64,000 nt of DNA from Eledone cirrhosa (GCA_964016885.1 OZ024743.1:287928001-287992000), one strand, 5' to 3'. Shown: positions 31,101 to 45,994, numbered from the stretch's first letter. Translations and numbers: made by a program. Notes: generated from the sequence alone by a model not told the origin.

Positions 31101-32160
31101 CTAGCATTGATACAAGCAGAAACATTTGGGGAGAAGTTACAGTCAAATAAAACAAACTCCATTAGTTAACTGGTATCTGTTTTATCCTCAAATGCCCCAG
31201 AGCAAAGAAAGGAAAACATTGCTATCAGTGGGATATAAATGCATCATGTAAAGTTCTCTGCACTCCGAGTTAAAATTCCTATCACGGCCGACTTGTCTTT
31301 CTCCTTTAGGGATCGATGAACGAAAGTAATCGACTTTTTGCGTTCTGAGTTCAAATCCCACCTATAGCGGAGTTCATTATGTTGCCAATATTCACATCAT
31401 GTCTTCCGTTAAAGGATACATTTTTCCTCCATTATTCCAATTCCAGAGACCTTGAAAAGAGTCACGAGTACTGCCATTCATTATACGACTAAAATTCAAT
31501 AAATACAATGCGGGATTAGTTTTTATTTGTTGGTATATTTACTGATTCCGGGGTCGGAATAAATCCTAGGACGGGGGCCAATTAAAGTGATCCACAATTC
31601 CTATTATTATTGGCCTTATGCCTAAATTAGAAATCATTTACTGCCCTTTACGTCCTGAGTTCAAACCCCGCCTGTTAGCTTTGCCTTTCATCCTTACGGG
31701 TTCATTAAAATAAAGTACCAGTAACACATTGAGTCGATTTCATCAACTTTCCGCTTCCTTTGAAATTGATGACTTATTTCCAAAAGTAGAAGTAATTATG
31801 ATGAAGACAATGATGATGTCGTTGGTGATGACAGTAACGGTCGTTGTGATGATGATGATGATGATGATGTTGATGGTAGCGGCGCTCATGGTGGGGATTT
31901 TGATGTTGATGATGATGATACTAGTGGTGGTGGTGTTGGGGATAATGATGATGAAGACAATAACGATGACAACGATAATTGTTTCTACTTTTGGCACAAG
32001 GCCAGCAATTACCCCAGTGCATTACTGGTACTTTATTTTATCGATCCCGTAAGGATGAAAGGCAAAGTTAACCTCGGCTGGATTTGAACTCAGACTGTAA
32101 AGGAGCGTAACTCCATGCTAAAAAGCATGGCGTCCGGCCCTCTACCGATACTGCCAATCC
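28160..32160. mobile_element. Cluster of tRNA-derived SINE copies (e.g. 28355-28530 -, 28875-29092 -, 29773-29950 +, 31645-31745 +, 31980-32160 -)
   Basis: Repeated A/B boxes and the same core as 5575-5766. Confidence 0.78.
29471..29601. mobile_element. Tc1/mariner-type MITE
   Basis: TAGAGGGTGGCCCAAAAGTC ... GACTTTTGGGCCACCCTATA terminal inverted repeats. Confidence 0.72.
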
Positions 32161-32639
32161 AACAATAATGATAATCAATAACAAAAAAATATAAACAAAA
32201 CAAAAATGAAGAGCAAATAAAACAAGAGGAAAAACAAAGATAAAGAACAACAACCATACCGAAAGCAGACGACGTTCACTACTAACACTACACTACCACT
32301 ACCACTAATACCACTGCCACCAGCACCACCACCACTACTACCACCACCTCCACTATCACTACTACCACCACCACCACCACTACTAATACTACCACCACGT
32401 CAGCCCTAGCCAATACTAGCATTACCACCTCTATTACCACCACCACAACCGCAAACGCAACCGCCGCCACCACCACAACCACCGCCGCAACCACAACCAC
32501 CGCCGCAACCACACCACCAACACCACAACAACCACAACCACCACCGCCACAGCAACCGCCGCTACCGCCACCACCACCACACCACCACCACCACCACCAC
32601 CACCACCACCACCACCTCCAACACCACAAAAACCACAAC

Positions 32640-35600
32640 CACCGCCACTACCACCACCATCACACTCCTGCCACTACTACCTCCCACCACCATCACACTC
32701 TTGCCACTACTACCCACTACCACCACCATCACACTCCTGACACTACTACCCACTACCACCACCATCACACTCCTGCCACTACTACCCACTACCACCACCA
32801 TCACACTCCTGCCACTACTACCTCCCACCACCATCATCACACTCCTGCCACTACTACCCACTACACCACCATCACACTCCTGCCACTACTACCCACTACC
32901 ACCACCATCACACTCTTTCCACTACTACCCACTACCACCACCATCACACTCCTGCCACTACTACCTCCCACCACCATCATCACACTCCTGCCACTACTAC
33001 CCACTACACCACCATCACACTCCTGCCACTACTACCCACTACCATCACCATCACACTCCTGCCACTACTACCTCCCACCACCACCATCACACTCCTGCCA
33101 CTACTACCCACTACCACCACCATCACCCTCCTGCCACTACTACCCACTACCACCACCATCACACTCCTGCCACTACTACCCACTATTACACTCCTTCCAC
33201 TACTACCCACTACCACCACCATCACACTCCTGCCACTACTACCCACTACCACCACTATCACACTCCTGCCACTACTACCCACTACCACCACCATCACACT
33301 CCTGCCACTACTACCCACTACCACCACCATCACACTCCTGCCACTACTACCCACTACCACCACCATTACACTCCTTCCACTACTACCCACTACCACCACC
33401 ATCACACTCCTGCCACTATTACCCACTACCACCACCATCACACTCCTGCCACTACTACCTCCCACCACCATCACACTCCTTCCACTACTACCCACTACCA
33501 CCACCATCACACTCCTGCCACTACTACCCACTACCACCACCATCACACTCCTGCCACTACTACCTCCCACCACCATCATCACACTCCTGCCACTACTACC
33601 CACTACCACCACCATCACACTCCTTCCACTACTACCCACTACCCCCACCATCACACTCCTGCCACTACTACCCCCACCATCACACTCCTGCCACTACTAC
33701 CCACTATTACACTCCTTCCACTACTACCCACTACCACCACCATCACACTCCTGCCACTACTACCCACTACCACCACTATCACACTCCTGCCACTACTACC
33801 CACTACCACCACCATCACACTCCTGCCACTACTACCCACTACCACCACCATCACACTCCTGCCACTACTACCCACTACCACCACCATTACACTCCTTCCA
33901 CTACTACCCACTACCACCACCATCACACTCCTGCCACTATTACCCACTACCACCACCATCACACTCCTGCCACTACTACCTCCCACCACCATCACACTCC
34001 TTCCACTACTACCCACTACCACCACCATCACACTCCTGCCACTACTACCCACTACCACCACCATCACACTCCTGCCACTACTACCTCCCACCACCATCAT
34101 CACACTCCTGCCACTACTACCCACTACCACCACCATCACACTCCTTCCACTACTACCCACTACCCCCACCATCACACTCCTGCCACTACTACCCCCACCA
34201 TCACACTCCTGCCACTACTACCCACTACCACCACTATCACACTCCTTCCACTACTACCCACTACCACCACCATCACACTCCTGCCACTACTACCCACTAC
34301 CACCACCATTACACTCCTTCCACTACTACCCACTGCCACCACCATCACACTCCTGCCACTACTACCCACTACCACCACCATCACACTCCTTCCACTACTA
34401 CTCACTACCACCACCATCACACTCCTGCCACTACTACCCACTACCACCACCATCACACTCCTGCCACTACTACCCACTACCACCACTATCACACTCCTGC
34501 CACTACTACCCACTACCACCACCATCAGACTCCTGCCACTACTACCCACTACCACGACCATCACACTCCTGCCACTACTACCTCCCACCACCATCACACT
34601 CCTTCCACTACTACCCACTACCACCACCATCACACTCCTGCCACTACTACCCACTACCACCACCATCACACTCCTTCCACTACTACCCACTACCACCACC
34701 ATCACACTCCTGCCACTACTACCCACTACCACCACCATTACACTCCTTCCACTACTACCCACTACCACCACCATCACACTCCTTCCACTACTACCCACTA
34801 CCACCACCATCACACTCCTGCCACTATTACCCACTACCACCACCATCACACTCCTGTCACTACTACCTCCCACCACCATCAGACTCCTTCCACTACTACC
34901 CACTACCACCACCATCACACTCCTGCCACTACTACCCACTACCACCACCATCACACTCGTGCCACTACTACCTCCCACCACCATCATCACACTCCTGCCA
35001 CTACTACCCACTACCACCACCATCACACTCCTTCCACTACTACCCACTACCACCACCATCACACTCCTGCCACTACTACCCACTACCACCACTATCACAC
35101 TCCTTCCACTACTACCCACTACCACCACCATCACACTCCTGCCACTACTACCTCCCACCACCATCATCACACTCCTGCCACTACTACCCACTACCACCAC
35201 CATCACACTCCTGTCACTACTACCTCCCACCACCATCAGACTCCTTCCACTACTACCCACTACCACCACCATCACACTCCTTCCACTACTACCCACTACC
35301 ACCACCATCACACTCCTGCCACTACTACCCACTACCACCACCATCACACTCCTGTCACTACTACCTCCCACCACCATCAGACTCCTTCCACTACTACCCA
35401 CTACCACCACCATCACACTCCTGCCACTACTACCCACTACCACCACCATCACACTCGTGCCACTACTACCTCCCACCACCATCATCACACTCCTTCCACT
35501 ACTACCCACTACCACCACCATCACACTCCTGCCACTACTACCCACTACCACCACCATTACACTCCTTCCACTACTACCCACTACCACCACCATCACACTC

Positions 35601-36110
35601 CTGCCACTACTACCCACTACCACCACCATCACACTCCTGCCACTACTACCCACTACCACCACCATCACACTCCTGCCACTACTACTCACTACCACCACCA
35701 TCACACTCCTGCCACTACTACCCACTACCACCACCATCACACTCCTTCCACTACTACCCACTACCACCACCATCACACTCCTGCCACTACTACTCACTAC
35801 CACCACCATCACACTCCTGCCACTACTACCCACTACCACCAACATCACACTCCTGCCACTACTACCCACTACCACCACCATCACACTCCTGCCACTACTA
35901 CCCACTACCACCACTATCACACTCCTGCCACTACTACCCACTACCACCACCATCACACTCCTGCCACTACTACCCACTACCACCACCATCAAACTCCTGC
36001 CACTACTACCTCCCACCACCATCACACTCCTTCCACTACTACCCACTACCACCACCATCACACTCCTGCCACTACTACCCACTACCACCACCATCACACT
36101 CCTGCCACTA
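32640..36110. repeat. 36-bp minisatellite (CCACTACTACCCACTACCACCACCATCACACTCCTG)n
   Basis: Tandem periodicity; explains the 12-aa-repeat ORFs on both strands. Confidence 0.95.
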
Positions 36111-36676
36111 ACTGTCACCCTCAATCTGTGAGGTTTATTGTCCACCTGTCTGTCCAGTTAGTGGACATAGGTATTTAGTAATTCGTCTTAATCAAGAGAG
36201 CTTGAAAGCAATGAGATTCCACAACAACAACAACAGCAATAATAATACTATCAACAACAATAACAACAATAACAACAATAACGGTAATACTATCAACAAC
36301 AATAACAACAATAATAGTATAAACAACAGCAGCTATAACAACAACGATAATATCAACAATAATAACAACAACAACAGCAACAGCAACAATAACAACAACA
36401 AAAGCAATAGTAACAGTCGCAGCAAAAATAAACAACAGCAACAACCATTGAAAAGCAACAGACCAATGATAAAACAACCAAAATAACAGCAACAACAACA
36501 ACAACAGCAACAACAACAATAGTAACAAGATTAAAAATAACAATAACAGCAACACTAACAACAAGCCACTCACATTTCTTTATTTTCTCTATTCTTCTTT
36601 ATTTCTCTTTACAAGACAGAGATGAATTACTGATGGTGGTAGTGGTAGTGGTGAATATTGTGATGGGGATCACTTA

Positions 36677-36735
<59 letters not shown>

Positions 36736-37589
36736 AAGGAACGGGATGTCGGGTTGGTAGGAAGTGGTAGATATAGCTAGGTGGCGGTAGAGGTGGGTAG
36801 AAGGCGATCATTTATTGTACAGATGATGGATATGTGTATGTTAGTGGGGGTGAGCGTATTTGTGCATGTGTGCGTCACAAGTATAAAATCCATGCTATGC
36901 CATCCATTGGCCCTTGACTCCTAATGGAGTCGTAGGGGCGCCGTAGTGATATACAACCCATCTTGGATATTTAAACCTGATGAGCCCATCCAGCACCAGG
37001 TCTGAGCACAGTTGATTTCTTCTTGGGAAAGAAAGAATAAGAATAAGAGATAGAAGAAGCAAGAAGCAAATATATTTTACGGCATTGTGAAAGTAGAAAT
37101 GACAGTTCCCATGACATTTTAAAGGAACTCCGAGTTTGGTTGATGGGAGGAAGATATCGTGTAAGCGGACACATGGCCGAATGTATATAACAGTGTGAAA
37201 TCCGTTAAAGGCACCCACGTGGTCAAGTTAAACAGGGTGACAGAGTAAATCTCCACCCTGGTTGAACATAGTGGAATTTAAACTCAGAACTCTGGAACAA
37301 ATTCAAGAAGGCATCTCGTCCGACGCTGTTAAAAATTTGCTAGTTTACCTCCTTATACAATATTGTATTTGCGACGAAACGGAGAAAAAAGTTGGCCTCT
37401 GCGAGATTTGAACAATGCTTTGAATTTGGCGCTCAACCAATTCTGTCAATTTGCTGCCTTAATGATAGTTGGATATAATTCTGTAGATTTACGTGTAAAT
37501 TCCTGGCACCCTTACTCCATTGGGAGAACTGTACACTACCTTCCTTTTATTTCATACGACTCACTAACTCTCACGTTTTGTTATTTGAT

Positions 37590-37900
37590 ATGCTCACGCG
37601 ATATTTCTTAGAGACAAAGTCACAACCAGGACTTCCTTTGTCAAACCAGACCATGGCATATACATTATTGATTATTCACTCTCTAGTAGTAGTAAGACAA
37701 GAGCAACTGTCATCTACAAGGCAGTTGTTTATTAATCCATTTATCCTTGCACCGTCCAAATCATTAGCAATATTGGTCTTCGCTCCATTTTCGCTTACAC
37801 TCCTACAGTGTTTTTACCTGAATTTCTCGCCTATATTTAATTGCTGTTGTAGTGCATTGCTAATGATATTTAGGGATTCCATATGCTACCAGGGATGATT
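37590..37900 (-). pseudogene. Highly decayed LINE RT fragment (RTE-like)
   Basis: Minus frame LDGARINGLINNCLVDDS resembles the G..ING..INNL.FADD region. Confidence 0.35.
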
Positions 37901-38182
37901 TGCATGCTACTAGAATATATTCAACGATATGTAGTCATTAGAACTATGGAAGTTAGTAATTTCATCCCTACTGTATAAGATTAGTCAGGGATTCTAAAGA
38001 CATCATTCACCTTTCTTTTTCCTGTTTTAAATCATGTTTATTCGATTTATTGGAGAGGAGCCCATGATCATTTTCAAAGCCTTCGAGATTTGGAAACAGA
38101 AAGCTATCCTTAAACCAAAGGTACGGCCCGAATACTTGATACGGAGTAGAATCTGCTAATGATAAACAAGGACCACACCCTA

Positions 38183-38251
<69 letters not shown>

Positions 38252-38414
38252 AAGGTAGATAGACTTTGTTTATGTATATCAGGAATGAATGCTTAAACAA
38301 GAAAGCTGCTTACCGGAGAGTTTGGCTCGACGGTATCCTTTGAATCGTATAGCATAAATATCCAAGCAGGGAAATATGGTATATAGGTCAAGGAGAGATC
38401 ACGGTGTATATTAA

Positions 38415-38761
38415 TATAAGCAAGTATTGCACCAAGAAAAATAAAACGTCGACGTGAAGGAGAATAAGAATTTATTTGCTTTGACATATGTTTCCGTGTC
38501 TATTACAATTGTCTACATATGCTGACTACAATATGTATATTGTTCAATGACATGCAATACTTAATTATTTATTACACTTCTTCAGAAATCTATAATAGGC
38601 TTTCTGATGAAATAATTAAGTATTGCATATCATTGAAACAATATACATATTGTCGTCAGGCATATGTAGACAATTGTAATAGACACGGAAACATATGTTA
38701 AAGCAAATAAATTCCTATTCTTCTTCACGCCAACGTTTTATTTTTCTTGGTGCAATACTTG

Positions 38762-38765
<4 letters not shown>
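38415..38765. repeat. Fold-back (~155-bp arms) of inverted pLTR-like ends carrying large-domain-II HHR motifs on both strands
   Basis: Plus strand: gcttt-CTGATGA(38604)...GAAAC-atat-GTT-aaagc-aAATAAA. Minus strand: CTGAAGA(38585)...GAAAC-atat-GTC-aaagc. Ends in (TA)n. Confidence 0.75.
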
Positions 38766-38844
<79 letters not shown>

Positions 38845-39351
38845 GTGTGTGTGTGTCTTATATGTGTTATTCTAGGTACTATGCTGTTTGATAACGATAA
38901 GGTTCATATACTATCAACTATTGAATATGTTTTCTATATTCAAAGAATCCCTCAGATGGTGGAATTTCTTCCAATATTGATTGTCTTAATTGATTCATTA
39001 ATATTGTTTTTAATTTCCGAAACTGCAATCAGGGAGGCGATTGTATTCCCCTTAATAGATGTTTTGTCATTAGATAAACTATCTTATATTTCTTCATTGT
39101 GTATATGTGAATTTTACCAGTTTTAAACTAATAAGGCCATTAATCAGCAGAATACTCGATACTTGAGATAGTAGAGTGTAAATACATCACAGAGTCGAGT
39201 CCCGATGTCTGATCTCTTGCTGTTACGACAGCAAATTCCAGTCTGGAATTTGCTGTGGAAACTGCAAAATTTCAGCTGTCGGGCTCAGACTCTCTAATAC
39301 ACACATACACACATACACAGCTCTCTCTCCCCCCTCTCTCTGTATATATAA

Positions 39352-39620
39352 TAGGGGAGGGTCATATTGTTATAATATTGCCAGAAATAATAACAGAACA
39401 CACTCACTGTTTGGTTGGTTTTCGCTTCTGTATCTTTTATATCTCCATAGTTAATTTATTTGGCAACCAATGTTTATCATTGATTGACAAGCGGTTAAAA
39501 ATACAGATATAAATATATATATAGTCTATCAAAGTTCTTTCGTCGCACATCTGCAACATCATCAGTGGTACTATTATGTTTCCTCCTCTTGTATTGTAAT
39601 GTAATGTCTACGCCATTTCG
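39352..39620 (-). mobile_element. Solo pLTR of the 61595-63125 Penelope family with degenerate HHR (39521-39574)
   Basis: Homologous to 61605-61885; CTGATGA-t-gttgca gatg tgcgac-GAAA. Confidence 0.72.
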
Positions 39621-40239
39621 TTGTAATAACCCTTCTACCTATCCCTTTTAACTTTTCCATTTTGTTTAAGTTGAATAAAACTTTTCATCATTCTTTCCAT
39701 CTTTTTTTTCTATTTTATACTTTCTTTCTCTCTTCTTTCTTTTCTTTCTTTCGTTATTACTTACTCTCTTACCTATTACTACATCTATTTTCGGATCCCG
39801 AATAATAGGTGGGGTTGAATAAGTGGGGGTGGGGGTAGAATAAACAAGGATGGGGGTGGGGGTGTAAATCTGTAATTGTATAGTGTACGTTCGTAAATAT
39901 GGGATTTCTTGTAATGTTCTTTTTTGTCTTATATAATGTTTTTTAATGTAAAATAAAATAATTATATTCTCCAGCTGCTGTATCAATATGAATCACTTAC
40001 AATAAAATTTCGACGGAGATAGATTGGTCAAATTTAATAAGCGGTGGAAAATTAATACGTGGGTGGGGTACGATTTTTCAAGACTCGAGTGTATTCAACT
40101 ATTCATTTGATCCCTTTCACCTTAATCTCCCTTTTATTCCTTCCTTCCTTCTTTAATTAATTAATTATTTAATTAATTAGTTAATTAACTCATTATGTAG
40201 TCATCCATTAATTGATGCAGCTATTTCATTCATATTTTT

Positions 40240-40700
40240 CATTAACATCATCATCTTATAAAATTTGGCCATTAACATCATCATCTTATTAAATTTGGCC
40301 ATTAACATCATCATCTTATAAAATTTGGCCATTAACATCATCATCTTATAAAATTTGGCCATTAACATCATCATCTTATACAATTTGGCCATTAACATCA
40401 TCATCTTATAAAATTTGGCCATTAACATCATCATCTTATAAAATTTGGCCATTAACATCATCATCTTATAAAATTTGGCCATTAACATCATCATCTTATT
40501 AAATTTGGCCATTAACATCATCATCTTATAAAATTTGGCCATTAACATCATCATCTTATAAAATTTGGCCATTAACATCATCATCTTATTAAATTTGGCC
40601 ATTAACATCATCATCTTATTAAATTTGGCCATTAACATCATCATCTTATAAAATTTCGACGGAGATAGATTGGCCAAATTTAATAAGATGATGATGTTAA
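40240..40700. repeat. 30-bp minisatellite (ATTAACATCATCATCTTATAAAATTTGGCC), ~14 copies plus one inverted unit
   Basis: Direct periodicity; inverted copy at 40670-40700. Confidence 0.93.
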
Positions 40701-40749
40701 TCAGGGGTCTCGTTATTTTCACAATACTGTTCAACCTCCCATCCACACT

Positions 40750-41252
40750 TCCACCATTAACATCATCATCATCATCATCAGCAGCAGCACAACCACCACC
40801 ACCACCACCAGGAACATCAACGCCACCTCCTCCACCAAATACAACAATAACAGCAGAAATAACGTTACAAACACCACCACCACCAGCACCACCACCAACA
40901 CCACCACCACCACCACCACCACCACTACCACCACCTCCAACACCAACAACAACAATAACAGCAGAAATAATATTACAAACACCACCACCACAACCACCAC
41001 CACCACCACCACAACCACCACCAACACGACGACGACGACGACGACCACCACCACCACCACCACCATCACCCCCCCCCCCCCCCCCCCCCCCACACCGCCA
41101 CCACCACCACCACCACCAACACCAACGACAACAATAACAGCAGAAATAACATTACAAACATCACCACCACCACCAACACCACCACCACCACCACCACCAC
41201 CACCACCACCACCAACAACAACAACAATAACAACAAAACCACCACCACCACC

Positions 41253-41284
<32 letters not shown>

Positions 41285-41449
41285 CAACAACACCACCACC
41301 ACCACCAGCTCCACCAACAACACCACCACGACCCCCCACACCCCACCACCACCACCAACACCACCAACACAACCACCACCTCCACCACCAACAACACCAC
41401 CACCACCACCACCACCACCAACACCACCACCACCACCACCACCACCACC

Positions 41450-41480
<31 letters not shown>

Positions 41481-41730
41481 CCACCACCACCACCAACACC
41501 ACCACCACCACCACCACCACCACCACTACCAACAACCCCCCCCCCCCCCCCCAACCAACACCACCACCACCTCCACCACCAACAACAACACCACCACCAC
41601 CACCACCACCACCACCACCACCACCACCACCACCACCACCACCACCACCACCACCAACAACAACACCACCACCACCACCAACACCACCACCAGCACCACC
41701 ACCACCAACAACAACACCACCACCACTACC

Positions 41731-41761
<31 letters not shown>

Positions 41762-42015
41762 CCACCACCACCACCACCACCACCAACACCACCACGACCA
41801 CCACAACCTCCCCCACCACCACCACGCACCACCACCACCACCACCACCACCCACACCACCACCACCACCACCAACACCACCACCACCAACACCACCACAA
41901 CCAACACCACCACCACCAACACCACCACCAACACCACCACCACCACCAACAACACCACCACCACCTCCACCAACAACACCACCACCACCACCAACACCAC
42001 CTCCACCACCACTAC
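40750..42015. repeat. (CAC)n/(CAA)n low-complexity repeat
   Basis: Directly visible. Confidence 0.9.
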
Positions 42016-42022
42016 CCCCCTC

Positions 42023-42054
<32 letters not shown>

Positions 42055-42529
42055 CTCTCTCTCTGTCTCTGTCTCTCTCTCTCTGTCTTTCTATCTCTCT
42101 CTCTCTCTTTCTGTCTCTCTCTGTCTGCATCTCTTTCTTACCTCCTACCTTTGTTTATCATTCTCGGTCTGTTTGACTCTTATTATCTCTCCTACTCCTC
42201 TCTCTCTCTCTCCCCTTCCCTCTCTTTCTTTTTCTTTTCCACCCTGTTTCCGTTTATCTGTCTCCATTCGATCAGCCCACCATCATCTTCATCTCCCCCC
42301 TCTCTCTCTACCTCAAGTTCCGCTCTTTACCTTCCCTTCGTTTCAGGTAGAACATGTTTACAGAACATCCAGGCCGTTTGATGTGCTCATGTGACCGTCC
42401 AGTGAGCCAAAAGAAACAATTGGCAACACATGTCTTTGCCAAACACAGTCTGCTAGATCAACCAATTGGAATTCTATGTATGTATGTATGTATGTATGTA
42501 TGTATGTATGTATGTATGTATGTACTGTA

Positions 42530-45500
42530 TGTTTATCTCTTTCTCTTAATTTCGAGTATATTTTTTTTGACCGGCCACCTTCCTGGTGGCAAGGTTGTAA
42601 AAGAAAAGAAATTGTCATCCCTTGAATCGCAAGAATGTTTTTTCAAATTTTGAAGGTGCCAGCTATCGCAGCCATTTGTAGACTATGAATTAGGGAGCTG
42701 CGTTTTTTGTCCGCAAATCCCAAGTTCAGTCATACTTTGGTCCAAGCGGGTTGGTATATAACCCGTAGCTCCAATAATGATGGGTATGAAGCTAAAGGTG
42801 TATCTTGGATACTGGATTTGTAAACTCCTCATCAATGGTCCGTAGATGTCCTCCTTCTCTTGTATTTTTCTGACAACGTTTACATCAAGTGGGCAGCTGA
42901 TCTCCACAACAGAACACGTTTTCAATGTGTGGTCCCAAACAACAATATCAGGCCGGTTGCGCTTTAATTTGGTGGCAGTTTTTATTTTCAGGTTCCACCA
43001 GTATTCCTTAGTGCCATCTGTCTCAATATATTCTTCCTCGTTTGTTGTTAATTTTGTTTCCGAAGTGTGTTCCAGATGGTTCTAGCTATCCCATCGTGTC
43101 TCATGGAGAGGTAGTAGCGAGATGACATTCTTTCGCAGCTGGCAACAATGTGGCTTACATCCTCGGTCTTTGTTTTACTAGCCTACATTTATTGTCAGCT
43201 GCTGGCCCTCCTCTTTTGTGCAGATATTTGGTAGGGAGTTCTTGTTCCTGTATTGCATAGAAATATCCCTCAAGGTGTCATGTCATAAACTTGTCGGAAC
43301 TCCATGCCAGCTTTTTGAGTGGTTTATCCCCTCTATGGTCTGTGTTTTACGTCTCAAGTATCCATGCACAACTTTTTCTGTAAATTGGTCAATTTTTTAA
43401 TCTTGTTTGAACATTGAATAGGATCTTCCGATTTCTCAGGGTGAGAGATTTATATCAGCCTTTATTCCATATTTCTCCTCCAGATCAGTCGCTATTCTAA
43501 TGATATTTTTTTTTCATGCTCATAAACCTGGGCAAGATGGTTGCCAACCTCTTTCCTCTGTTGAAGGTGTTGCTTCAGTGTTACTATCCGGGTCTCATAT
43601 GTTGTTAATATTGATTTTAGACCCCGGCCACCTTCCTTGCGTGAGAAGTATAGCCTATCCACATCACCATTGATGCGAAAGTTCCCAGTAACACTGAGAA
43701 GTTTGCGAGTTCTAACATCCATCTCACTTAGTTCTTGCAATGACCAATTCAGCAGGCAAATGTTGGCGTTAGAATTGGCACAGCATAAGTATTGTGGGCA
43801 ATGTATTTGTTGTACGCTGACAGTTCTGATGACCATATTTTCTTTACTCTTCTGAGGTATTCAGTTCTGGTTCTCTCCTTATTTATGGGTCACATCATAT
43901 CTGACATTCTCGTCCTGTCCAAGATATCTGTAGTTGTCACCTGACTGTAGAGGTTGTATTGTCAGGCCGTTCTTCTCTAGATTTCTAGAGGAGGGCACAG
44001 CTCTTCCACGTTTTACTGCCAAATATGCACACTTGGACTCACCAAATTTCATTTTGATGTCTGTTGAAAATTGTGTAATGAGGTCAAATTGTTTCTTGAT
44101 GTCATTGATATTTGGCCCATACAACTTCAGGTCATCAACAAAGAAAAGATGGGAGATACTTCTGGACCCACTTCTTTGTCCACCTTGTTTCCTGAGTAGC
44201 TAAGATAGTGGGATTCAGTGAGAGAACGAAGAGTAGCACTGACAAGCTATTACCCTGAAAGATGCCCTTCTGGTAATGTATCTTATCAGTCTTAACTTGC
44301 TCCTTCTCACCTCTAAGGATCAAATTGGTGTACCAGTTCTTCGTCAGGCGTTCAACAGCAGCTACCAATGGTTGTGGGACTTTGCCTAACTGTAGAGCCT
44401 TAATAATCCACCCATGAGGTACACTATCAAATGCTTTTTGATAGTCCAGCCACACCACAGTCATGTTTCTGCGACTCTTTGTTGTTTTTTCCTGAATCAT
44501 TTTGTTAGTTAGTAGGTGATCTATGCAACCCCACACCTCACTCTTTCCACCAGCTTGCTCAGGTGTTATGATGTTGTTGGTAGCACAGTGATCCTGTAAG
44601 AACAGGTTAAGGCACCCAGTATATAATTTATACATGATGTTTTGGCAGGCTATTGGGCGGTAATCTTTAGCAAGGGTGGTTTGGCTATTTTTGGGAATGA
44701 GGAGAGTAGTGGCAGTTGATAACCATCTGGGCAGTTCTTGTGTGCCTTTAATGGTTTCTGTAAACAGCCGTATGAGATCTTGCCGATAGAAAGTGAAATT
44801 CTTCAACCAGTATCCTGTAATGAGGTCTGGGCCTGGCGATTTCCTATTCGACATTTTCTGTAGAGCTGTTTCCAGCATTGACCCATCTATGTCATATTGT
44901 TTTGTCTGGACATGTTGGCAGTAGTCCTGTTTCAGTTCTTTTAACCTTCAATTTGTCTGTTGAATCCGTCATCCGTTTCCCATACAGATCTCCAGTAGCT
45001 CTCAACCTGTTCTTTTGAAGGGGTGTTATTTACAGGGATTGAGCTTTTGCCACCGAAGCTGCGATAAACTGATTTAGGATCTCTGGCAAACAATCTATTT
45101 AGCACTTGTCGTTTATGTGCTGTTGACTTATATTTTAGTCTTCCTGTTGTAGCTGTGAGTTGTTGTTTCAACTGGTGTAATTTGGAGTTCAAAGTTTTAA
45201 ATTTTGTATCTCCAAATCGTCTCTCTAACTTTTTTTTTAGGTCTTCCTGGTGTCGTGTGAAGTTGCTCTCTATGTTGCATTTCATAACGACTGCGATGTG
45301 TGAGATACTTCGTCTGAGGGACAAAATTTTGCTTTTTAAATTTCGCATCCATGCTGGTTCAGGCTTTTTGTTTGTATCTTGATTGCGTGGTTTTAGATGT
45401 GTGTTATATGATAGCAATGTAACAGCTGAAACATATAACAAAATATTAAGCGTTTCAAATCTCGTTTCTACACCTTTAGATCGTATAGCCTTCAGAAAAT

Positions 45501-45858
45501 TGCAAGCTATTTCGTTCACCGCTTCCAATTCCAATTTAGTGGGTTCTTTACTGATTCTGGTGTTGTATGGTCTGTCACTCACATTAAGGCTGTGTATCTC
45601 TTGAAACATATCGTCCCATATCACTTGTAATGTGTCCACAAGTTTTTGGTGTTCTGTTTGTACAGTGAGTCATGAATTTCAACCTCGTTGTTGATGTGGT
45701 GACAATTACTACTAGAGTTAGTTGACCTTTCTCGCTGTTCTTCAGTGGAAGTGGGATGAATTTCAGCAAAATTGTTGGTGAGCTGTTCACTGTTAGATTT
45801 AGCTGGCCATTCTCTTTGTCTGTCAGTGGAGGTGGGGTGGTTGTCTACAAGGGCTGTA
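42530..45858 (-). mobile_element. R4/Dong-like RLE non-LTR retrotransposon, 5'-truncated and frameshifted, with (CATA)n at both ends
   Basis: KSPGPD, YRPIACQN, WLDYQKAFDSVPH, GIFQG, VDDLKLY, RLY..RKEGGRGL, CCHC knuckle, RHD, RPD, EISCP..K..Y, PIIIGATG. The 3' UTR runs into (CATA)n. Confidence 0.92.
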
Positions 45859-45994
45859 TTTGTATGTATGTATGTATGTATGTATGTATGTATGTATGTA
45901 TGTATGTATGTATGTATGTGGGAATGTATGTATGTATGTATGTACGTACTTATGTACGTGTGTATGTATGTTCGTATGTACGTATGTACTTATG

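Noticed and set aside
32701-36145. 1136-aa and 657-aa ORFs resembling extensin or mucin
   Set aside because: They are translations of a 36-bp minisatellite open on both strands, with no unique flanking coding sequence or splice evidence.
40240-40655. CRISPR-like 30-bp periodicity
   Set aside because: No unique spacers, no cas genes, eukaryotic context.
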